This document shows, in pieces, positions 56,704 through 64,000 of a stretch of DNA of 64,000 nucleotides. The notes under the pieces were generated by a model, which searched no databases, was not told the origin of the DNA, and was given only the letters and a program-made list of their open reading frames with translations. Origin of the DNA: Bugula neritina (taxonomy: Eukaryota > Animalia > Bryozoa); assembly GCA_964035545.1 (NCBI GenBank), contig OZ037766.1, forward strand, positions 20,634,767 to 20,698,766, given 5' to 3'. The position numbers and the translations under genes were made by a program. Every line of letters starts with the position of its first letter. Positions within the stretch are counted from its first letter, which is position 1.

Positions 56704-58747
56704 ATTGTAATATGATATCAGCCCATTAGCGATTTTAAAACTGTTGTAATTATTTAAAATTTACAGTTGATCCCTATTTTGCTACAGTATAAATTCCTCC
56801 AAAGCTGCTAAAATTACTAGTTTTCATAAATATATGCATAAATGAGTATTCTGCATTTATTTATATTGTAGCAATAATTGTTATTTCAAACAGTATTCCT
56901 TGATAACTAGTGTAAAGTCACAGCAACAAGCTTAAACAGTTTCTTATAAGCAAAAGAAACATTGTTCACATAGTATAAATTAAATCTGCTATTATATATT
57001 ATATTATTGATTAATTCCTATAAGCTAGGCTGCATATATAGTACTTTATCACCTCAGGGCTAATAATGCATGTTGCAATAATAGGTTATCCAGTTCAATT
57101 AATTGCTTATACAAGTGCAACTTCTAAGATATACACATGATTCCACCCACAACCTGCTAATAAGCAATCTTATTAACTTGGTAAGATGCTGACTGCATGT
57201 TTCACATGCCAGAGGTCAAGTTGAGATTGGCAGCACTGTGAGAATCCTCCCCCACACAATAGCACCAGCATATTTAATTACTAGCAACACTATTGTATAT
57301 TATAGTCATTAATTCTTTGTAATATGCATGCAATACCTGTAACACTGCTCCTAATACTATTATGTTATGAATAGTTTAGAATGAATTATATAGATAATTA
57401 TTATTATTAGACTCCTTGGGCTCTCTTTGGGTATTAATAAATGTTAGGAAGCCATTAACTTCAATGTTTAGGGCCTTCGGTAGCCTTACAATTAGCACAG
57501 GCCAATTAACCTTAGCAGTATTTCTTATGTACAGAATGATGGCAGCCTGAGTAAGCACCAGTTGCAGTTCTCAAAGTTTTAGAGGCCAAGTGGGCAGAAA
57601 CAGTGGCAAAGACAATTTTCAATAGTCTAACTTAATTGCTTAAATCTACTGAGTTGTTTTGTAGCCTATTGATATGCAATATTCTCTCGAGAATTTCAAA
57701 AGCCAAAAACAATAAAATATTGAAATAGTTTTTTTTGTTCCTTATGATTTGCAACAAGTTTACAGAAATATTATAATCTTGTTAATCAAACATGTCTTTG
57801 AGTATTACTTGGTATAGTAACTTGCTGTTTTTCTTAATAATATTATAATTTGGTTTTCCCTTGTCTTACTTGTATTAATATAACATGTTTCCCTATATAT
57901 TTTTTTTTATTTTAATACATTGTTTTATATTATCATATTGCTCTGTATCATCTATTATGTTATAACTTATATTGTGGTAGTATAATATTATATTACTATA
58001 ATATTATTAGGTTATTTTGCCTTACCATAATATTATTATATTTGTTAAGTATATTATATTTTCTGGAAACTAGTAATTTACGTTATTTTGATGTTGTGAT
58101 TTTTAAGAGTTTATCTGGTGTTATACATTCTAGGTGAAAGATAGATTAGCCTTTAATTTAAATTAGCTTACATCTAACAATTATTCGTATGTTTGTCATC
58201 ACATAGGATGCTGACACATAGTATAGGACAGCTACTCTAAAACTAGTCAAAATTTATATTTTCTGTACGCAAGGCTACGAGATTCATTTGCATAGATTAA
58301 TTTTATTACATATTTTCCCTTATTCTCATGAAGTAGTTAAAATAGGATCTTCACACGGCTTAAACAGTTGCTATTCAAAAAACATTTGATTAGGTTGATC
58401 ATTAGCTTTAACTGCAACTTTAGTTGAAGAAGTAAATTAAAGTAAATAATATAAGCGGCAATAATCATACGATGCTTTTATATTCTAATAAAGTTTGTGT
58501 TAGTTGAGTAAATTTCTATAAGCCAAGATTCACCCACGTAGAGTAATTTATTTGCACAAAAGGCAAGTGATAAACAAAACTGTCAGCTACTTATTACAAC
58601 AAAAGAGATGAGTCATTTCTTGCACTCCTTATATTTGTGTCAACTGACTGATGCTGACACATAGCTGACAAATATAAGTAGATGCATAATGGTGCTTCCA
58701 GTAGCAAAATGAACTTTAATTCCAAATTAGCTTGAGAGCAAGAGAGA

Positions 58748-58980
58748 GAGCGGCAGTTGTCTGTAGTAGTTAGAGCTAAGGCCTTGTAAGCAATAGGTCA
58801 CATGTTCAATTGCTAGCGGGCCATTGCAATGTGGGAGTAAGGCATCGTCATATTTACTTCTGTTCTGCAGCAGAAGATCTCAAACCATGTTGCCAGTTTG
58901 ATGAGAGACACAGTCTCTAGCCACTTTAAAATCTCTCACCGTCAGTCATCAAGGCCTTTCATAGGGATGAATTGACAAGT
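58748..58980 (+). mobile_element. Degenerate tRNA-derived SINE-like element (different body)
   Basis: tgtagtagttagagc (A-box-like), cttgtaa loop and gttcaatt (B-box-like). No intact acceptor stem. The 3' boundary is uncertain. Confidence 0.45.
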
Positions 58981-60567
58981 TTAAAACAACTTGAGATAAC
59001 TTGAAAAAATTAGCAATATAACTGACTTGTTATTTCTTTATTTTTCGAGATTTTTTTTTATTATCTTATATCTCCATGTCTAACCTTGCTACAAGATACA
59101 CTGACCTATTGTTTTGCTAGTGTATCTTACCATACAGTACATTGATATACATTAGATGGCATATAATTACACAGTATTTCCAAGCTAGGCGTAACTCATT
59201 AGGATACAAATTGGTAATAATTGTAAGGCATCATGTAACACAATAAACTCATAGTAAACAGATCAAGCATTCTTTCAATGTACTCTTTGCACGTTTTCTT
59301 ACTTCATGTATTTTTACGAAAAGCAAAATATCATTACATGTATATAATATTATAGACTATCCAATAAGCAGTGTATAGTATCAAACTGCATTGAATATTG
59401 AATAATACTCACATACACTGACTGCATGCCTTTGAAAACAATATTATTATTATACTCTTCATTTAGCAGTTTATTCCAATGTTCTTGAACTTTTGTGAGA
59501 AGCTCAGAGTTTATTCTGGTAACTGCAGGTGAGAATAGCATTAGAAGTTTCTGCAAGGAAATATTGTTGCGTCATAACTGAAAAGCTTATAGCTGAATAA
59601 ATTAGACTAGCTACGGCTCAGACTATTGTATAGTGACCCTACTGTATAGTAACTCTCTGAAACTGAATATGTTTTGAGGAGACTTGGTCACAGTTTTTCT
59701 TGTACTATAATAAAATTCTATTAATTCACCATCAAGTTCAGGCAGGATTTCCTCCGCCAGAAAAGAATTATCCTCTATTTATGAATAAACAACTGTTGAG
59801 TGGTGCAAGGAATATGTTGCCTCATGATTTTAACTGAACTCCGTAGATTGAGTCTGAAGAAAGATATAGCTAGCTGTTTGATGGATGAAAAACACAACTA
59901 TTACTATCCAATAAGGTTCCCATCAAGGGAATACCACTTTATTAGCTATATTATGTTCTACAGTTTACAGAGTGCTTTGCTATGTGGACTGCGTAATATA
60001 CAGATGCTCCAGTCTTAAAACTTTCTTTTAAACTGCTTTGAATTACTACTAAATTGATTATAAATAAACTATAAGTAATGCAACTACGTATCAGTAATCT
60101 ATTTTCCGAAACAAACCTTTTAAGTCTAAGTTACATGTGACTAGTGTAGTGGCAAACAGCACTCTAGTACAAAGCACTAAGCATCTTGTAATCGTTTTGG
60201 GGCACTAATTGATGAGGCATTTGGTGCATCGGATTCTATTTTTAGATTTTATATTACACAGGTATGCTCTCATATTATATTAGAGCTTTATATAATAGCT
60301 AATAGATCTTATGATATAGTAATCCAATATCAATAATAATGAAATAATACTACTTAATATAAATTAGGGTTACAAGTTTTACAACCTAATGCATACTTTC
60401 TTAGCAATAAAAATGGCTATGCAAAAAGTTGTGCGCCAGCTGATACTTTTAAAAACTCTACCAGGTATAAATTATTACAATGGTTTATATTGCATGAAAC
60501 GTATAAGTGGGCATGCAGCAGGCAATGAGACATGCACTAGCATTTCCCTGCAGCTTTCTGATGCTTA

Positions 60568-60778
60568 GGGAGCAGCCATGGTCTAGGCCCTAGGGGTTAG
60601 AGCGTTTGCCTAGTAAAAACAAAGTTATGGGTTCGAACCCCGACAAAGGCCATTGGTGATGCTAGGAAGAGCATCCAGTCTTAATTGCTCCTGTGCCCCA
60701 TTTGAATAAGTCCTTAACCCGATTTAGCAAAAAACTTTTTCATCAGGGGTTTCTCACAAGGATGGTGACTATAAACTC
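60568..60778 (+). mobile_element. tRNA-derived SINE (copy 2)
   Basis: A-box-like tggtctagg..ggttagagcg, anticodon-like loop ctAGTaa, B-box ggttcgaacc, then a body (ggccattggtgatgctaggaagagcatccagtc...) shared with 50303-50507. Confidence 0.8.
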
Positions 60779-62509
60779 GGGTGAGATAGTTTTTTGATGT
60801 AATATAATGATAAGCAGTTAAACTTTTCTACACAAGTTTGTTCCCTCTCTAAGGCACCCAGTGATGGTGTCCAAACAAACTTGTTATGTTGAAACCCAGT
60901 TGGCACCATTTCAAAGAAAAGGTCAATCAGGTGGGTGTTGGAACACAAGTACAGCACAGGTGTTTTATGGGAAAGTGAAAGCTGATGTTGCTTGTGCTGT
61001 AATTACTACAGATGGAGCAAATCAAGCGATGGGTAATTGTGTTAGCATGTAAATGTTAGCAGTACATGTTCCGTATATTAGGTTGCCCTAAACAGCATTA
61101 CTAACATCGGATTTTATTTATGACCAGATTTTTCTCTAGGGGCTGAATTAGATGGACAAAAGACTACCTTATAGCTTATTGTTTTAGTTGCATACTTCAC
61201 AGAGTTTTTTGCATATCTAATTTCTTTCCGTAGCTAGTAGCAATCGCATCTTTAAAATGTGTTTTATTATATATTACAATCGAAATTATTATAAATATCT
61301 AAATTGTATTATTAGAACAGCCATAGTTAACAGCGTTTAGATCATCATCATTAATTATTATTAAAATTAAAGTTCAATAAATATATAATATAGAATGCAT
61401 ACTTGCAGTGACTTGTGAAAATGTGTAGCAATAATGCAAAATTTGTATTAATTTAAAGTCTGTTGATAATCCAATAATATAATTTAACATAATTTACAGA
61501 CATTCAGTTTTTGATAAAGTTACGAATCAATTATAAAACGAATATCTATTAGAAATATTATAAACATCACAATATTATAGTTACAATTATATACAATTAT
61601 AGTGTTGAGGCCATAACTAAAAGCAATAATACTCATAATTGATAGCTAAACAGCACATGCTGCTTAATATTACTAAATCAATTTAATACAATTGGGATGT
61701 AAAACCAAGTTTAATTTACGAGTATCCTATAAAATGAAAAGGAATATTATAATCAATATAAATATAAACTCCATTATGTGACATTCAATATACTATGCAG
61801 GCACTAGTTAGCCTGTTGTAAAGCCCTTACACTCATACACACTGCATTTGCACTCAAGGATATACTTCAGGTAAGTGCCATAAATTGGTAAAGCAATATT
61901 GTATCTAATATTTACAATATTTCACACTTGGAGAATGCTGGATAAATATATACATAATTTATTAGTAAGTCAACATAATACTATATGCGTGTGGGGTATG
62001 TGTTTAGGATCTTACTTCTATAGTAGTTCCATCCTTTATGTAATTGCTTTTGCTTGAGGCAATTTTTTAGTGGACATCTTTCTAATTAACTCACTTTATT
62101 CTAAAATAAACAGTTGAAATGACTGGAGTGTTGTTGCTGACAACCAATAGTAATCAATTAAAGTGAAGTTGCATCTCCATATGCTGACTTGTGGGCTGAT
62201 TTATGTCCAGGTTCTTGCTGAAATGTTATCACTCTAGGTTACAGTCAATTTGCGAAGAGTCAGTAAGCAGTTATCTGGCACTTGGAATAAAATGTTCTAA
62301 AGGTAAGTCAAGTTGCTTTATTTAATTCTGTGTGATATTCAAGTATTACTCTTCACGTAACTTGAGCTAGTTTGGGTTCTTATTCTGTAGTATCTTAAAA
62401 TAGTGATGAGAGAAGGCATTAATAGTAATGTATTACTATCAACTAATATGGTGGTAATTGTCATCCCAGGAGTGCAGTATAATTCATATGGTGGTATTGA
62501 TAACAATAA

Positions 62510-62697
62510 GTAATAGTAGCACTAGTAGCAGTACTAGTAATAGTGCTAGTAGCAGTAGCAGTACAGTAGTAGCATTAGCAGCAGCAGTAGCAGTAGCAGT
62601 AGCAGCAGTAGCAGTAGCAGTAGCAGTATCAGTATCAGTAGCAGTAGTAGTAGCAGTAGCAGTAGCAGTAGCAGTAGCAGTAGCAGTAGTAGTAGTG
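62510..62697. repeat. (TAGCAG)n/(TAG)n microsatellite
   Basis: Directly visible. Confidence 0.95.
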
Positions 62698-63649
62698 ATG
62701 GTGGATGTTGCAAAGCATTCAAGCAAATAAGTGCAAACACAAATTTTGAAAATGAAATACAGTGAGCATGAAAATGTATCTGCAATAACTACTTAGTATA
62801 TTGTGAACAGAAAAATAAAGGCTTCTTTCAGCTGATGGGTTTTAATTTCTAGCCTTGACTTAGTAATAAACCGCTGTTTAAAATGAAAAACATCTTTTTA
62901 CATTGAATGTTTCAACTTATGTAGTTACTGACTGTGTAATGTATTTGGCAAGGGTATTTGATTTATTGGAGTTGCCTAACCCTTTTTAAATGCTTTGAGC
63001 AACATTCCTGATTTTTACAAGTGTGCTGCATACCACTACTCTTCATGTCTCTTCCCTTTCAGAATAAGCTGTTACTAAGCTATATCTGTTGTTTTCACAG
63101 CGTGTTTGCACACTTTGCTAAGTCTAACTTCTTCAGTTCATGTGTAAAGCTGTTTGTAAAGTTATTATGTTCTGGTGGGAGAGTTAAGCAGACATTGATT
63201 ATTGGTTGCTGTTAGTCAGGTAAGCTTTTACTGCCTTTTCTCAAACTTTTGCTGCATAGCCATAACGGGATTTTTAATCAGCTTTTTCCCATGACACGAC
63301 TAGTGCAGTCTGTTTTGGCAATAATTTCTAGTAGTTTATACTTGATAAACAAATAGCATGTTTTTAATCTGTGATATTCAGTGTAATAAGTGTGTAAGCT
63401 AAAAAATAAATGTGAAATTACATAATAAAAGCTGAACATGTTCTACCAAACAACCAGAGTTCTAGTGCAGTTAAGACAAATGCATTTGTTATTATACTGT
63501 AGTCCATTGCGTTTGATAACAACAACCTGCTGAGCTTGCCCATATTTGTAATATTATATTGAAAATATTGCTATAAAAACAGCATTGACACGCAGTGCAA
63601 GTAGTTTTTTATTATCACGAGTTTTATAGCGAAGGCATAAAACTGCCAT

Positions 63650-63881
63650 TTGATTGGCTAATTCACTCACTGAATTACGCATGACTCATATGCCTAGCAG
63701 TAGTATAAATTTCTGTGCAGCTGGACTGCGCTCACAAACTTATTGAAGATTTTAAGGGCAGTACGTGTACTAAGGTTGTATTGTTCAGTGATTAGGAAAA
63801 TCTGTCAACATGTTAGATCATCGCAGCTATCCTGTTGATCCATACCTTCTATGTTATAAACTGCAAAATGTAGTATCAGGT
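63650..63881 (+). promoter_or_regulatory. Candidate Pol II promoter and first exon of a gene downstream of the window
   Basis: ATTGG (63653), TGACTCA AP-1 site (63682), TATAAA (63704), then a CAG|gtatgt donor at 63880. Confidence 0.3.
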
Positions 63882-64000
63882 ATGTTTTATAAATCAGAAA
63901 ATAATATTTTGAAGGCAAGCTTTGCCAATGGTAAGGTGTTACTAATTGGCTAGCTTTGTAAAGTAATCTAATTGTAAAATATTGACTTTTAGTTATGTCT

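Noticed and set aside
58748-58825. Functional tRNA gene
   Set aside because: The A/B boxes are degenerate and there is no paired acceptor stem. It is more consistent with a SINE head.

Overview
AT-rich eukaryotic (invertebrate-like) genomic DNA with spliced genes and many repeats. I could assemble five conserved genes by hand from GT-AG boundaries and reading-frame continuity. (1) TVP23 (-), which runs off the window start. (2) PLD6/MitoPLD/Zucchini (+, 2 coding exons, 215 aa). (3) A 23-exon STK31/TDRD8-like gene (-, 914 aa) with RRM + extended Tudor + coiled coil and only the N-terminal part of the pseudokinase domain. (4) ANAPC10 (-, 189 aa). (5) A MARCH-family RING-CH membrane E3 ligase (+, 292 aa). 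An intronless 209-aa orphan ORF is nested antisense in an STK31 intron. The most notable points are the tail-to-tail pair of piRNA-pathway genes (Zucchini and a kinase-truncated, RRM-bearing STK31) whose stop codons lie about 200 bp apart, a perfect 472-bp palindrome centred on (TA)73, and nested hAT-type MITEs with the matching empty site in the same window. Also present are decayed CR1-like and RTE-like LINEs, tRNA-derived SINEs, minisatellites and microsatellites. The last ~15 kb has no recognisable protein gene, only candidate first exons and a promoter-like region. All gene models are manual and lack transcript evidence.
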